Source: Candidatus Saccharimonadales bacterium (GTDB lineage: Bacteria; Patescibacteriota; Saccharimonadia; Saccharimonadales; 2-12-FULL-41-12). From it: 64,000 bases of DNA. Numbering within the stretch: position 1 is the stretch's first letter; each line of letters starts with the position of its first letter. The stretch spans positions 256,387-320,386 of the forward strand of contig JBFIJM010000001.1 of the NCBI GenBank assembly GCA_041600715.1, written 5' to 3'. Below are positions 8,354 through 17,282 of the stretch, piece after piece. Below the pieces are notes generated by a model. The model was not told the DNA's origin. It searched no databases and was given only the letters and a program-made list of their open reading frames with translations. Both the position numbers and the translations under genes were made by a program.

Positions 8354-8359
8354 ATATAC

Positions 8360-8629
8360 TTACCAACTAGCTTTCGTTACACCTGGGATTTCACCCTTTG
8401 AGGCATGTTCACGGAATGATAAACGCGACAATCCGAACTGACGCATATAAGCGTGTGGTCGGCCTGTCTCGGTACATCGATTCTTCTTTCGGGTTGGCGA
8501 TGAATTGCGAGGAAGTTTATGAAGACCATCGAGGTCGCCCATTGCCTTAAGCTCAGCACGTTTCTCTGCATATTTGTCGATCATTTTAAGGCGCTTAGCG
8601 TCTCTTGCGATGTTTGATTTTCTTGCCAT
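8360..8629 (-). CDS. rpsN: 30S ribosomal protein S14 (long, non-zinc form)
   Basis: 89-aa ORF starting [20 protein letters not shown] and ending ...[11 protein letters not shown]. It has a single Cys and no CxxC pairs. Confidence 0.95.
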   Translation of the reverse strand: MARKSNIARDAKRLKMIDKYAEKRAELKAMGDLDGLHKLPRNSSPTRKKNRCTETGRPHAYMRQFGLSRLSFREHASKGEIPGVTKASW

Positions 8630-8630
8630 A

Positions 8631-9209
8631 TTATTTGGCCTCCTTTTCGAACGGCATGCCGAACTTCTCTAATAATGCACGTGAATGTGTTTTATCTTCA
8701 GATTTAGTTACAAATACTATCTGCATACCGTGAGGTTTTGTAGTCTCTTCGAATGAAAGCTCAGGGAAGATTGACTGCTCCACGATACCAATAGAGTAGT
8801 TGCCTTGCTTATCGAAAGCTTTGGAGCTAACACCATGAAAGTCTCGTAATCTAGGCATGACAATATTTATCAAACGATCCATAAATTCGTACATTCGATC
8901 ACCACGCAAAGTTACTTTAAGACCAATCTTATTTCCTTCACGTAGTTTGAAAGTAGCGATAGACACTTTAGCATAAGTTTCTACAGGCTTTTGGCCAGTG
9001 ATTTTAGTTAGGGTATTGGTAGCGACTTCGAACATCTGCTTGTCGTCTTTAGAGCGACCAAGCCCAACATTTAAAACAATTTTTTCAAGCTTAGGGACTT
9101 GATTAACATTTTTAAGTTCTAGCTCTTTGACTAACTCCGAAACATAAGAATCAAGATACGCTTGCTTTAAACGAGGTAATGTCACTGCTTTAGTTGTAGT
9201 TTTAGCCAT
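8631..9209 (-). CDS. rplE: 50S ribosomal protein L5
   Basis: 192-aa ORF with [18 protein letters not shown] and [20 protein letters not shown]. Confidence 0.97.
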   Translation of the reverse strand: MAKTTTKAVTLPRLKQAYLDSYVSELVKELELKNVNQVPKLEKIVLNVGLGRSKDDKQMFEVATNTLTKITGQKPVETYAKVSIATFKLREGNKIGLKVTLRGDRMYEFMDRLINIVMPRLRDFHGVSSKAFDKQGNYSIGIVEQSIFPELSFEETTKPHGMQIVFVTKSEDKTHSRALLEKFGMPFEKEAK

Positions 9210-9541
9210 TACTTGATCTCCTTTCCGGTGCTTTTATATATACGGACCTTTTTGCCATCTTTGTTGACAGTATATCCAACTCTAGATGGTTTCTTACTTA
9301 TAGGCTCTACCACAGAAACTTTACTTACCCAGATTGGCTTAGTAATTTCTATAATCCCACCCTGCGGATACTGCTTATTAGGCTTCATCGCTTTCTTTAC
9401 GATATTTATACCCTCTACAGTAACTTTATTCTCTGTGGGATGAGTTGCTGTAACAGTGCCCGTTTGGCCCTTATATTTTCCTGCCAAAACGATTACATTG
9501 TCACCTTTATTAATACGGATTTTATATACAGGATTTTTCAT
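9209..9541 (-). CDS. rplX: 50S ribosomal protein L24
   Basis: 110-aa ORF with a KOW motif, INKGDNVIVLAGKYKGQTGTV. Synteny rplN-rplX-rplE. Confidence 0.96.
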   Translation of the reverse strand: MKNPVYKIRINKGDNVIVLAGKYKGQTGTVTATHPTENKVTVEGINIVKKAMKPNKQYPQGGIIEITKPIWVSKVSVVEPISKKPSRVGYTVNKDGKKVRIYKSTGKEIK

Positions 9542-9909
9542 TATAGTACCTCCGGAGCAAGACTGATTATCTTGCTATAGCCTTGGTCTCGAAGCTCACG
9601 AGGCACTGGCCCAAAGATACGGGTTGCTTTAGGGTTTTTATCGTCACCAATAATAACCGCAGCGTTATCGTCGAACTTAATACTTGAACCATCTTTACGG
9701 CTAATCTTATTTCTTGTACGTACCACAACAGCCCGAACAACAGTCTTCTTTTTTACATTTCCACTTGGGTTAGCTTGCTTTACCGTCGCTACAATAACGT
9801 CGCCAACTCTTGCATAACGCCTTCTTGTTCCACCTAAGACGCGAATACAAAGAAGCTCTTTTGCACCACTGTTATCGCAGACGATAAGACGTGATTCCTG
9901 TTGTATCAT
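9541..9909 (-). CDS. rplN: 50S ribosomal protein L14
   Basis: 122-aa ORF starting [27 protein letters not shown]. Confidence 0.98.
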   Translation of the reverse strand: MIQQESRLIVCDNSGAKELLCIRVLGGTRRRYARVGDVIVATVKQANPSGNVKKKTVVRAVVVRTRNKISRKDGSSIKFDDNAAVIIGDDKNPKATRIFGPVPRELRDQGYSKIISLAPEVL

Positions 9910-10217
9910 TACGCCTTCTCCTCATCTGTATCGGTCTTAGACGATGTTTCGATTAAATCTAGATCATCTTTTGTTATAGACGCACGTTCTAATATTGTAT
10001 TTAACTTATATCGTTTACGAGCTGACAGAGGTCGAGTTTCTACGATAGCAACTAGGTCACCAATTTGACACTCATTATTCTCGTCATGAGCCATGAACTT
10101 ACTAGTTACGGTGTACTGCTTTTTATACAGTGGATGGGTTTTTCTGGTCTGTACTGTAATGACAATGGTTTTGTCAGTAGCAACAGATGAAACAGTTCCA
10201 GTCAGTGTTTTTGCCAT
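9909..10217 (-). CDS. rpsQ: 30S ribosomal protein S17
   Basis: 102-aa ORF with [19 protein letters not shown] and [13 protein letters not shown], plus an acidic C-terminal tail. Confidence 0.96.
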   Translation of the reverse strand: MAKTLTGTVSSVATDKTIVITVQTRKTHPLYKKQYTVTSKFMAHDENNECQIGDLVAIVETRPLSARKRYKLNTILERASITKDDLDLIETSSKTDTDEEKA

Positions 10218-10417
10218 TACATAGCCTCCTTATTGAGCTGTTCGCTCATTACACTTAGCATTCTTGCCAAATCTTTTCGCTTAGTCCTGAGTGATCTTAC
10301 ATTTTGAGTCTCGCCCATATGAATACGTCGGCGTAGTTCAGCGATTTCTTCACGTGTGGTGTTGACTGCATTAGCGATCTCTTCGGTTTTCATTTTTCTT
10401 ATTTCTATGGCTTTCAT
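10217..10417 (-). CDS. rpmC: 50S ribosomal protein L29
   Basis: 66-aa ORF containing [13 protein letters not shown]...[13 protein letters not shown], positioned between rplP and rpsQ. Confidence 0.94.
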   Translation of the reverse strand: MKAIEIRKMKTEEIANAVNTTREEIAELRRRIHMGETQNVRSLRTKRKDLARMLSVMSEQLNKEAM

Positions 10418-10830
10418 GACTCTACCTCGCGTACAATAAACTTCGTTTTAACTGGGAGCTTATGTGCTGCAAGTCGCATAGCTTCACGAGCAACCTCTTC
10501 TGTTACGCCCTGCATCTCGAATAATACAGTTCCAGGACGGACTTTAGCTACGAAGAATTCTGGGGATCCTTTACCGCCACCCATCTTAAGACCAAGAGGT
10601 TTGCGGGTTACCGGCATGTGAGGGAAAATTCTTATCCAGATTTTGCCACCACGCTTGATATAGCGGGTCATAGCCTGACGAGATGATTCGATCTGACGTG
10701 AGGTGATACGCTCAGTGCCTAGAGACTGGAGAGCATATTGACCAAAAGCAATAGTGTTGCCACTAGTCGCAGGACCCTTTAGTCGGCCCTTTCGCACTCG
10801 TCGGTGCTTTGTTTTATTTGGAACCAACAT
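10414..10830 (-). CDS. rplP: 50S ribosomal protein L16
   Basis: 138-aa ORF starting [19 protein letters not shown], with ...[15 protein letters not shown]. Confidence 0.97.
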   Translation of the reverse strand: MLVPNKTKHRRVRKGRLKGPATSGNTIAFGQYALQSLGTERITSRQIESSRQAMTRYIKRGGKIWIRIFPHMPVTRKPLGLKMGGGKGSPEFFVAKVRPGTVLFEMQGVTEEVAREAMRLAAHKLPVKTKFIVREVES

Positions 10831-11459
10831 TACAGCTGTTCTCCCTTATATATCCATACTTTAACGCCTATGACACCTGCTGGTGTTTTAGCTCTTGCGC
10901 CATGGTAATCAATTTCTGCACGTATTGTATGAAGCGGAACACTTCCTTGCACTTCTTTCTCACGGCGTGACATTTCTGCTCCGTTTAAGCGACCAGCAAC
11001 TTCGATACGAATACCAAGTGCACCAGCACGCATAGTTGCGGCAGCTGACTGCTTGATTGCACGTCTAAAAGATATACGTCGCTCGAGTTGGTGTGCGATG
11101 TTTTCTGCTACAAGTTTTGCATATAATTCAGATTTCTTAATTTCTTCAATATTTACACGAGTCTGCACTCCATAAACACGTTCGATTTTAGTTTTTAGTT
11201 CTTGAGCGCCGGCCCCGCCTCGACCAATAACTACACCAGCTTTAGCTGTAGAAATAGTGACAGTGACAAGGTTAGGAGAACGTTCAATATCCACTTTGTT
11301 TATTGCAGCGCGTGAACCAAGATCTTTCATGATCATTCTGCGCACTTCAAGATCTTGAGTTAAGTATCGTGCATAGTCCTTCTTACTAGCGAACCACTTG
11401 CTCCGCCAATCTCTATTGACCTGAAGACGCATGCTAATTGGGTTTACTTTTTGGCCCAT
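10830..11459 (-). CDS. rpsC: 30S ribosomal protein S3
   Basis: The track ORF was trimmed to the ATG at 11457-11459 ([18 protein letters not shown]), 1 nt after the rplV stop. Contains a KH domain motif, [11 protein letters not shown]. Confidence 0.96.
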   Translation of the reverse strand: MGQKVNPISMRLQVNRDWRSKWFASKKDYARYLTQDLEVRRMIMKDLGSRAAINKVDIERSPNLVTVTISTAKAGVVIGRGGAGAQELKTKIERVYGVQTRVNIEEIKKSELYAKLVAENIAHQLERRISFRRAIKQSAAATMRAGALGIRIEVAGRLNGAEMSRREKEVQGSVPLHTIRAEIDYHGARAKTPAGVIGVKVWIYKGEQL

Positions 11460-11460
11460 A

Positions 11461-11856
11461 TTATTTTGCCTCCTTCTTAGCTGGCTTTGTTTTCTCTGTA
11501 GTAACAGCCTTTTTAGGAGCTCGGATTTCTCCGTTAACCTGTACATATATATGGCTAGATTTACGCTGGAATGGAAGTGCACGACCGTGTGATGCTGGAC
11601 GGTATCTCTTTATTCGAGGTCCCGGGGTAACAGTGATGCTCTCGATCACCAAAGTTTCTGGCTTATAGTTATGATTGTTATCGGCGTTAGCTCGAGCACT
11701 CTCTATAACCTTTCTGACAGGAACTGCAGAACGACGTGGAGTGTGCTCAAGGATAGTTAACGCATCGGCAACAGTACGGCCACGTACTAGCGAGGCTACG
11801 ACTCCAACTTTACGAGGGCTCATTCTGACGCCCATTGCAGAAGCTTTAACACTCAT
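11461..11856 (-). CDS. rplV: 50S ribosomal protein L22
   Basis: 131-aa ORF with RMSPRKVGVVASLVRGRTVADALTILEHTP. Confidence 0.97.
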   Translation of the reverse strand: MSVKASAMGVRMSPRKVGVVASLVRGRTVADALTILEHTPRRSAVPVRKVIESARANADNNHNYKPETLVIESITVTPGPRIKRYRPASHGRALPFQRKSSHIYVQVNGEIRAPKKAVTTEKTKPAKKEAK

Positions 11857-12131
11857 TACTTCTTACCTTTCGCGAGCTTACCACCATGATTACGGAATTT
11901 ACGAGTAGGCGCAAACTCACCAAGTTTGTGACCAACCATGTTTTCAGTAACAAAAACAGGTACGTGTACGCGTCCGTTGTGCACCGCAATAGTACGGCCA
12001 ACGAACTCAGGTGGGATTGCGCATGCGCGAGCCCACGTCTTAATAATTGTTCGGTCTTCATTGCCAAGCTTTGCAACTTTCGATGCAAGCTTTGGATCAA
12101 TAAATGGACCTTTCTTTAATGAACGACTCAT
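11856..12131 (-). CDS. rpsS: 30S ribosomal protein S19
   Basis: 91-aa ORF starting [15 protein letters not shown], with ...[30 protein letters not shown]. Confidence 0.98.
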   Translation of the reverse strand: MSRSLKKGPFIDPKLASKVAKLGNEDRTIIKTWARACAIPPEFVGRTIAVHNGRVHVPVFVTENMVGHKLGEFAPTRKFRNHGGKLAKGKK

Positions 12132-12134
12132 ACG

Positions 12135-12464
12135 TTAAACCTCAGCCCTTTCAAATTTTTCTTGCTTAACAGCTTCTTGCATGTGCAGCACTCCGTCTAC
12201 TACTGCTTTTAAAAACGGAGCCTCATTGACTGGCGTATACCATAAATGTCTGCTGGTTTCCCTGAGTTCACTTGCAATATCAACAATTTCGCCCACCGAG
12301 GGTTCATGCATAACTCTGCACAAAGTAGCGCCTACGTTTATTCCTATAACTTTTAGCTTAACGTTAGGGTCTTCAATGTCGCCATATAGCTGATCCACTC
12401 TATCATCATTCATATAAATGTGGCTTGGTTCTGATGGCGGAAATTCATGATAATTTAAAATCAT
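12135..12464 (-). CDS. Hypothetical 109-aa protein inserted between rplB and rpsS
   Basis: The track ORF 12135-12611 was trimmed to the ATG at 12462-12464 (MILNYHEFPPSEPSHIYMNDD...). That ATG is 1 nt after the rplB TAG, a GAGGAAA Shine-Dalgarno lies 5 nt upstream, and the stop is 3 nt before the rpsS ATG. Composition is balanced and protein-like. I recognise no family. Confidence 0.65.
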   Translation of the reverse strand: MILNYHEFPPSEPSHIYMNDDRVDQLYGDIEDPNVKLKVIGINVGATLCRVMHEPSVGEIVDIASELRETSRHLWYTPVNEAPFLKAVVDGVLHMQEAVKQEKFERAEV

Positions 12465-12465
12465 A

Positions 12466-13302
12466 CTATTTCCTCTTCCCGATGTGACGGCTTTTAACGA
12501 TAAACTTATTACTGCTCTTACGACGACGTGTTTTAAACCCAAGAGTTTTCTGACCCCATGGAGTTCTTGGGGCTTTACCCATACCATGACGTCCACCGTC
12601 ACCACCACCATGAGGATGATCTGCAGCGTTCATAACAACTCCACGAACAGTTGGACGAATACCCTTACGACGAGATCGTCCAGCTTTACCGATCTTTATG
12701 TTCTGATGTTGCTCGTTACCAACTGAGCCTATGCTAGCAGTGCACATTGCGTTAATCATACGAACTTCACCGCTAGGTAGTTTTACCTGGACATATTCTT
12801 CGTCTTTAGCCATGAGTTGTGCGCTTGCACCCGCGCCACGCACCAATTGAGCACCACGGCCTGGGGTCATTTCTACTGCATGGATAATGCTACCAGTCGG
12901 TATATTCTTGAGTGCTAATCTGTTGCCAGACTCTATTGCACTATCTGTACCAGCAGATATTTTTTGGCCTTGTTTCATGCCGTTAGTAGCTACGATGTAG
13001 TGGCACACACCTTCTTGATCTTTAATACGTGCAATATGGGCGCTTCGACCTGGATCGTACTCAATATGCTCAACAGTTGCCTTTGTTCCTTCAGGTAAAT
13101 TAAAGTTTACTTTTCGGATAAACCTTCTTGCGCCACCGCCTCTATGTCGAGTAGTGATACGCCCTTGGTTGTTACGGCCACTGTTTTGTTTGCGGATTGT
13201 AATCAGACTCTTTAGAGGCTTCTTGGTCGTAATGACATCAAGATCTTGGGTAGTCATACCTCGTCGGCCAGGAGTTGTTGGCTTGTAAGTTTTAATCGCC
13301 AT
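12466..13302 (-). CDS. rplB: 50S ribosomal protein L2
   Basis: 278-aa ORF with GRNNQGRITTRHRGGG and MNAADHPHGGG motifs. Confidence 0.98.
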   Translation of the reverse strand: MAIKTYKPTTPGRRGMTTQDLDVITTKKPLKSLITIRKQNSGRNNQGRITTRHRGGGARRFIRKVNFNLPEGTKATVEHIEYDPGRSAHIARIKDQEGVCHYIVATNGMKQGQKISAGTDSAIESGNRLALKNIPTGSIIHAVEMTPGRGAQLVRGAGASAQLMAKDEEYVQVKLPSGEVRMINAMCTASIGSVGNEQHQNIKIGKAGRSRRKGIRPTVRGVVMNAADHPHGGGDGGRHGMGKAPRTPWGQKTLGFKTRRRKSSNKFIVKSRHIGKRK

Positions 13303-13679
13303 TACTTAGCCTCCTTCTTTGCTTTCTTTTCAGCTTTCTCTGCTTCTTTTTCTTCAGCCTTTACTTGCTCATCAACTGCTGCAAATACAGGGATTGAATC
13401 ACCGTCTTTGAGGGTCACATAAGCTTTCTTCTTATCTGCGCGCTTGCCAGAAACATTTGCACGAACTCGTGCACCGATACGAATAGAGCGAGCAATCTTG
13501 CCTTTCGCAACAATGACCCGAACATCAGTAACAGATACATCAAATTGAGCTTCAACAGCTTTCTTAATCTGATCTTTATTCACATCAAGAGGAACATCGA
13601 ACACAAACACATTATTCATCTGTGATAAAGCGTATGTTTTCTCACTCATACGTGGCTTAAGAGGGATAGTTTTACTCAT
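13302..13679 (-). CDS. rplW: 50S ribosomal protein L23
   Basis: 125-aa ORF with FDVPLDVNKDQIKKAVEAQFDVSV. Synteny rplD-rplW-rplB. It has a Lys/Glu-rich C-terminal tail. Confidence 0.95.
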   Translation of the reverse strand: MSKTIPLKPRMSEKTYALSQMNNVFVFDVPLDVNKDQIKKAVEAQFDVSVTDVRVIVAKGKIARSIRIGARVRANVSGKRADKKKAYVTLKDGDSIPVFAAVDEQVKAEEKEAEKAEKKAKKEAK

Positions 13680-14335
13680 TACTTAGTCTCCTTTTTAGGA
13701 GCATCAGCCCCGAGCCAGTCTGAAATTACAGGAAGTGACGACTTCACTATTACAATGCTGTGTGCATTCAAAACATCAAATACATTTAAGTACTGAGCTT
13801 GGACTACTTTTAGATAACTAACATTCCTAGTAGCTCTTTCAAGTTCAGGAGTTTTATTCTCTACTACGAGCAAAACACTTCGATTAGCATTAAGCTTATC
13901 AAGTAACGTAACAACAGATCTTGTCTTGTTTTCCTTAATCTCAAAAGCTTCTATAACACTTACCTTCTTTGACTCATTAGCAAGTGTAAGCGCCTGCCGA
14001 ATCGCTGTTCGCTTAGCTTTAACGTTCATTTGCTTGGAGTAATTCTCATTGCCTGTTGGTCCAAAAGTTATACCACCACCTCGCCATATAGGAACACGCG
14101 AACTACCGAATCGGGCTCGCCCTGTACCTTTTTGTTTCCATGGTTTTTTACCACCACCAGATACAAGTCCACGGGTTTTAGTTACGGCATGGTTTTCTCG
14201 GCCATTAGCAAGATACATTACGTATGCGTCTTTTAGTAATTGGTTATTCTTAATCTCTACGCCAAAAACGTTTTTATCAAGTTTTACTGGAGATGTAGCC
14301 TTAGCCCCAGCTTTAGTAAATGTTGGAGTCGTCAT
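13679..14335 (-). CDS. rplD: 50S ribosomal protein L4
   Basis: 218-aa ORF with KPWKQKGTGRARFGSSRVPIWRGGGITFGP. Confidence 0.97.
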   Translation of the reverse strand: MTTPTFTKAGAKATSPVKLDKNVFGVEIKNNQLLKDAYVMYLANGRENHAVTKTRGLVSGGGKKPWKQKGTGRARFGSSRVPIWRGGGITFGPTGNENYSKQMNVKAKRTAIRQALTLANESKKVSVIEAFEIKENKTRSVVTLLDKLNANRSVLLVVENKTPELERATRNVSYLKVVQAQYLNVFDVLNAHSIVIVKSSLPVISDWLGADAPKKETK

Positions 14336-14949
14336 TATTTCGCCTCCTTCACTATTACAATTGATTTCTTAGGACCTGGAACTGCGCCGTAAACACCGAT
14401 AACCTGGTGTTCTGTATCTACCAATGCAACTTTAAGGTTTTTGACAGTAACTTGCTCGTAGCCCATTTGGCCTGCCATCTTTTTACCCTTAAATATTCTT
14501 TGTGGGTACATAGAACCAATAGAACCTGGCTTTCTTGTGTTACCTTTAGCACCATGTGATTTTCGTTGTCTGGCAAAGTTATGCCGTTTAATTGTTCCAG
14601 CCCAACCTTTACCTTTTGAGGTGCCGGTTACATGGATTATATCTCCAACACTAAAAAGATCGGCTGAAAGTAAATCGCCGACCTTTAGATCTTCTGGTAG
14701 TGTTTCTACACGAATTTCGCGCATAATTTTTGCATTTTTATTTGAGCCACGTACATGACCTTGTTGTGGCTTCGGAAGACGTGCGTCTTCTTCAAATCCT
14801 ATTTGCACCGCTTGGTAACCATCAGCTTCAATGTTTTTTAGCTGAGTCACCACGTTGTCACTAGCGGAAAGCAAGGTAACAGCAGAAACAGCACCGTCTT
14901 CAGAGACGATTGATGTCATGCCAACCTTTCGTGTAATTAATGCTTTCAT
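14335..14949 (-). CDS. rplC: 50S ribosomal protein L3
   Basis: 204-aa ORF starting MKALITRKVGMTSIV, with ...GKGWAGTIKRHNF. Confidence 0.97.
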   Translation of the reverse strand: MKALITRKVGMTSIVSEDGAVSAVTLLSASDNVVTQLKNIEADGYQAVQIGFEEDARLPKPQQGHVRGSNKNAKIMREIRVETLPEDLKVGDLLSADLFSVGDIIHVTGTSKGKGWAGTIKRHNFARQRKSHGAKGNTRKPGSIGSMYPQRIFKGKKMAGQMGYEQVTVKNLKVALVDTEHQVIGVYGAVPGPKKSIVIVKEAK

Positions 14950-15101
14950 AGCAAGGTGTAACCTTCTTTTTTATATTCTTGATCACTCGTTTTATCTAAG
15001 CTCTAAAGCATAAAAACGCTTGGAGGAACATGGTTTCTACCTCTGTTATAGGCAGACCTTTGTTCACACCAAGTGTAAACAGAACGTTTATATACCCCTT
15101 C

Positions 15102-15131
15102 ACTTTATCACGAAACATTAACTTCTGTCAA
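15102..15131 (-). promoter_or_regulatory. Candidate promoter for the rplC-led r-protein operon
   Basis: The minus strand reads TTGACA (15126-15131), an 18-nt spacer, then TAAAGT (15102-15107), about 150 nt upstream of rplC. Confidence 0.3.
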
Positions 15132-15191
15132 TATGTTGCATATTGTACAACCAGCATTTATTTATATACGCTCTAAGAGTATAAATAGACT

Positions 15192-15470
15192 CTACATCAC
15201 GATAAACACGCCGATTGGTAGCCAGAAGGCGATAAACATACCCACTAAGATCAAGGCAACTTCAATTTTGCGGTCAATCTGGAAATGATCATGCGAAGCG
15301 AATACTAGCGCTATTACTGCACCAAGTGGTAATGGAAGTTCTGTACCATTTTGATACTGCAGTCTGACCCACATACTACTGAGGATTAAATACATTACTA
15401 ACTTAAGGAAAAATGCGCTGTCAGATGTAGCTGAAGATTTTTTGTTTTTTTGTTTTTTTGTTTTGACCAT
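15192..15470 (-). CDS. Hypothetical small membrane protein (92 aa)
   Basis: It has a basic N-terminus (MVKTKKQKNKKSS) followed by about 3 hydrophobic segments. I recognise no family. Confidence 0.5.
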   Translation of the reverse strand: MVKTKKQKNKKSSATSDSAFFLKLVMYLILSSMWVRLQYQNGTELPLPLGAVIALVFASHDHFQIDRKIEVALILVGMFIAFWLPIGVFIVM

Positions 15471-15539
15471 ATTAAACTCTATTTAATCATAAAAGAGCAC
15501 CTGTTAATAGATGGTCTCTAAATGACTGTGCTGTATTTG

Positions 15540-16076
15540 TTAACAACGTTGAGTAGATGCTTTGGTATAAAAAGTTTTTACTCGTACTTTGTTTTCATCA
15601 TCTTTAATAAAGTACCTGCTTCTTCCAGCTAGTTTTCGGGTTTTTTCGCCTTTTTTGCAGTCCCGAATACTTAGTTTTTCGGTAAATGACTCCTTGTCAC
15701 CACCAGTAACTCGGATATGTCCACTTGACACCTTGTTTACCTTCTTACCGGATCTTGCAACAGTGTCATAAATAACTTTTGAACGAGCTCCGCCATAATA
15801 TACGCACTCAGGATCTTGGGCTGGTAGTTCTGCCTTATGGGTCGTTTTAGTTGCTCCAAACGATCTAGGGAAACTAAACTTGTAACTACCTGCTATTGCA
15901 AGCGCACCACAGTACTCTGTCATCTCTTCATTGTATTTTTGCGTTGATTCTGACTCTGTAACTGGAGCGTTATCTTCTACAGATACGTGACCATTAGCTA
16001 TTTCAGAAGTGACTGCAATTGAAGCCGATGAAGCTAAAATAGCCATTCCTGTTAATGCAGATTTTGGTACTTCCAT
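15540..16076 (-). CDS. Hypothetical protein, probable signal peptide (178 aa)
   Basis: A strong AGGAGA Shine-Dalgarno lies 5 nt before the ATG at 16074-16076. The N-terminus is hydrophobic (ALTGMAILASSASIAV) and the gene has its own promoter. Confidence 0.65.
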   Translation of the reverse strand: MEVPKSALTGMAILASSASIAVTSEIANGHVSVEDNAPVTESESTQKYNEEMTEYCGALAIAGSYKFSFPRSFGATKTTHKAELPAQDPECVYYGGARSKVIYDTVARSGKKVNKVSSGHIRVTGGDKESFTEKLSIRDCKKGEKTRKLAGRSRYFIKDDENKVRVKTFYTKASTQRC

Positions 16077-16117
16077 AATATCTCCTAATTAGTGGTTTAC
16101 TGCCACCCTATACTTTT

Positions 16118-16146
16118 ATTTTATCACAGATTGGGCACTTCGTCAA
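16118..16146 (-). promoter_or_regulatory. Sigma-70-like promoter for the inserted 178-aa gene
   Basis: The minus strand reads TTGACG (16141-16146), a 17-nt spacer, then TAAAAT (16118-16123). Confidence 0.55.
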
Positions 16147-16152
16147 TTTAAA

Positions 16153-16187
16153 CAATCGCCAGCACTAATAATAGTTACAGGCGATTG
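16153..16187 (-). terminator. Hairpin just downstream of rpsJ (putative terminator)
   Basis: CAATCGCC and GGCGATTG form an 8-bp stem with a 19-nt loop, followed on the minus strand by TTTAAATT. Confidence 0.4.
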
Positions 16188-16209
16188 CTAATATCTATAA
16201 AAAGATTAC

Positions 16210-16578
16210 TTACATCTTAATTTCGGCGTCACAACCGGCAGGAAGACTTAAATTCATTAGTGAATCAATAGTTTTGGGCGTAGGGTCAAGAACATCAATA
16301 AGACGTTTATGTACACGCATCTCGAATTGCTCACGACCTTTTTTGTAAACGTGTGGACTCTTCACCACAGTAAAAGTACTCCTACGAGTTGGTAGTGGAA
16401 CTGGTCCTGCAATGGTTGCGCCTGTTCTAATAGCAGTGTCAACGATCTGCTTTGTAGACTGATCTATGACCTTGTGATCATATGCCTTAAGTCTAATACG
16501 AATACGTTGTTTGCCGTCACCGGCTGGTTTCGCAGTAGTGGTTGTTGCCTTAGTAGTTGTTTTTTTGGCGTCTGCCAT
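16210..16578 (-). CDS. rpsJ: 30S ribosomal protein S10
   Basis: 122-aa ORF with [25 protein letters not shown] and [12 protein letters not shown]. It has an N-terminal extension of about 20 aa. Confidence 0.97.
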   Translation of the reverse strand: MADAKKTTTKATTTTAKPAGDGKQRIRIRLKAYDHKVIDQSTKQIVDTAIRTGATIAGPVPLPTRRSTFTVVKSPHVYKKGREQFEMRVHKRLIDVLDPTPKTIDSLMNLSLPAGCDAEIKM

Positions 16579-16679
16579 AGGGGTGTTGTTCCTCTCTTAG
16601 TTCGCTGTAACATTATTGTACTTCTAAACAATAACTTTTAATCAGCAATGTAATAGTAGGCCTATTGTACTAATTTAAC

Positions 16680-17210
16680 CTACTTTTGTCCAGGGTTTTG
16701 AGGGGTCGTAACTACATTAATGCCAACCGTGCTAAGTGAGCCTATGGCTTGTTGCGCCTGTGGCGAATAATAAACTTTGCCCTTATCGCTACAGAGGGTT
16801 TCACTTAAATCATCAACTTTATTTTCTGGCTCGATGATATATTCATCCTCGCCGTAGAAAAATCCCCCTTCATCTACATAAAAAATTGTGTTTGCTACCC
16901 CGTTTACATTTCTTCTATCTTGAACAACTGAACCATAGTCTACATCTAAATCATTCACTCCAATCCTGCTATCGTACTGAAGAATCGGCAAAGAATTAGT
17001 AAACTCAGCAACTCCCTTCTGGAGATTATTGTGTGCTTGACCAGGATTTGCTAACGGCTCTGAGCCTAGAGCAAATCCACTAGGACAAGCTTTTATCTCT
17101 GCTGAACCCTTATCTTTTTTTAATTCATTTCCACAAGCGGAAAGCGTGAATGAGGCTAATAGCACACTTGTAGAAGCTATTAGACGCTCTTTAGTAATAC
17201 GTTCTTTCAT
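16680..17210 (-). CDS. Putative lipoprotein (176 aa)
   Basis: The signal peptide carries a lipobox, SVLLASFTLSAC-GNE. A GAGGAG Shine-Dalgarno precedes the ATG. The gene lies between tuf and rpsJ. Confidence 0.7.
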   Translation of the reverse strand: MKERITKERLIASTSVLLASFTLSACGNELKKDKGSAEIKACPSGFALGSEPLANPGQAHNNLQKGVAEFTNSLPILQYDSRIGVNDLDVDYGSVVQDRRNVNGVANTIFYVDEGGFFYGEDEYIIEPENKVDDLSETLCSDKGKVYYSPQAQQAIGSLSTVGINVVTTPQNPGQK

Positions 17211-17232
17211 GATGTCTCCTCTATTAAATTAA

Positions 17233-17259
17233 AACAGAGGACGTGTCCCGCCCTCTGTT
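17233..17259 (-). terminator. Intrinsic terminator after tuf
   Basis: The minus strand reads AACAGAGG-GCGGGACACGT-CCTCTGTT followed by TTAATTTAAT. Confidence 0.55.
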
Positions 17260-17282
17260 AACTTTTGCTAAATTATAGCAAG

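Noticed and set aside
12135-12611. The 158-aa version of the ORF between rplB and rpsS, as listed in the track.
   Set aside because: Its first 49 codons overlap the 3' end of rplB in another frame and look like read-through (MVVVTVDVMVWV...). The ATG at 12464, with its own Shine-Dalgarno right after the rplB stop, is the credible start.
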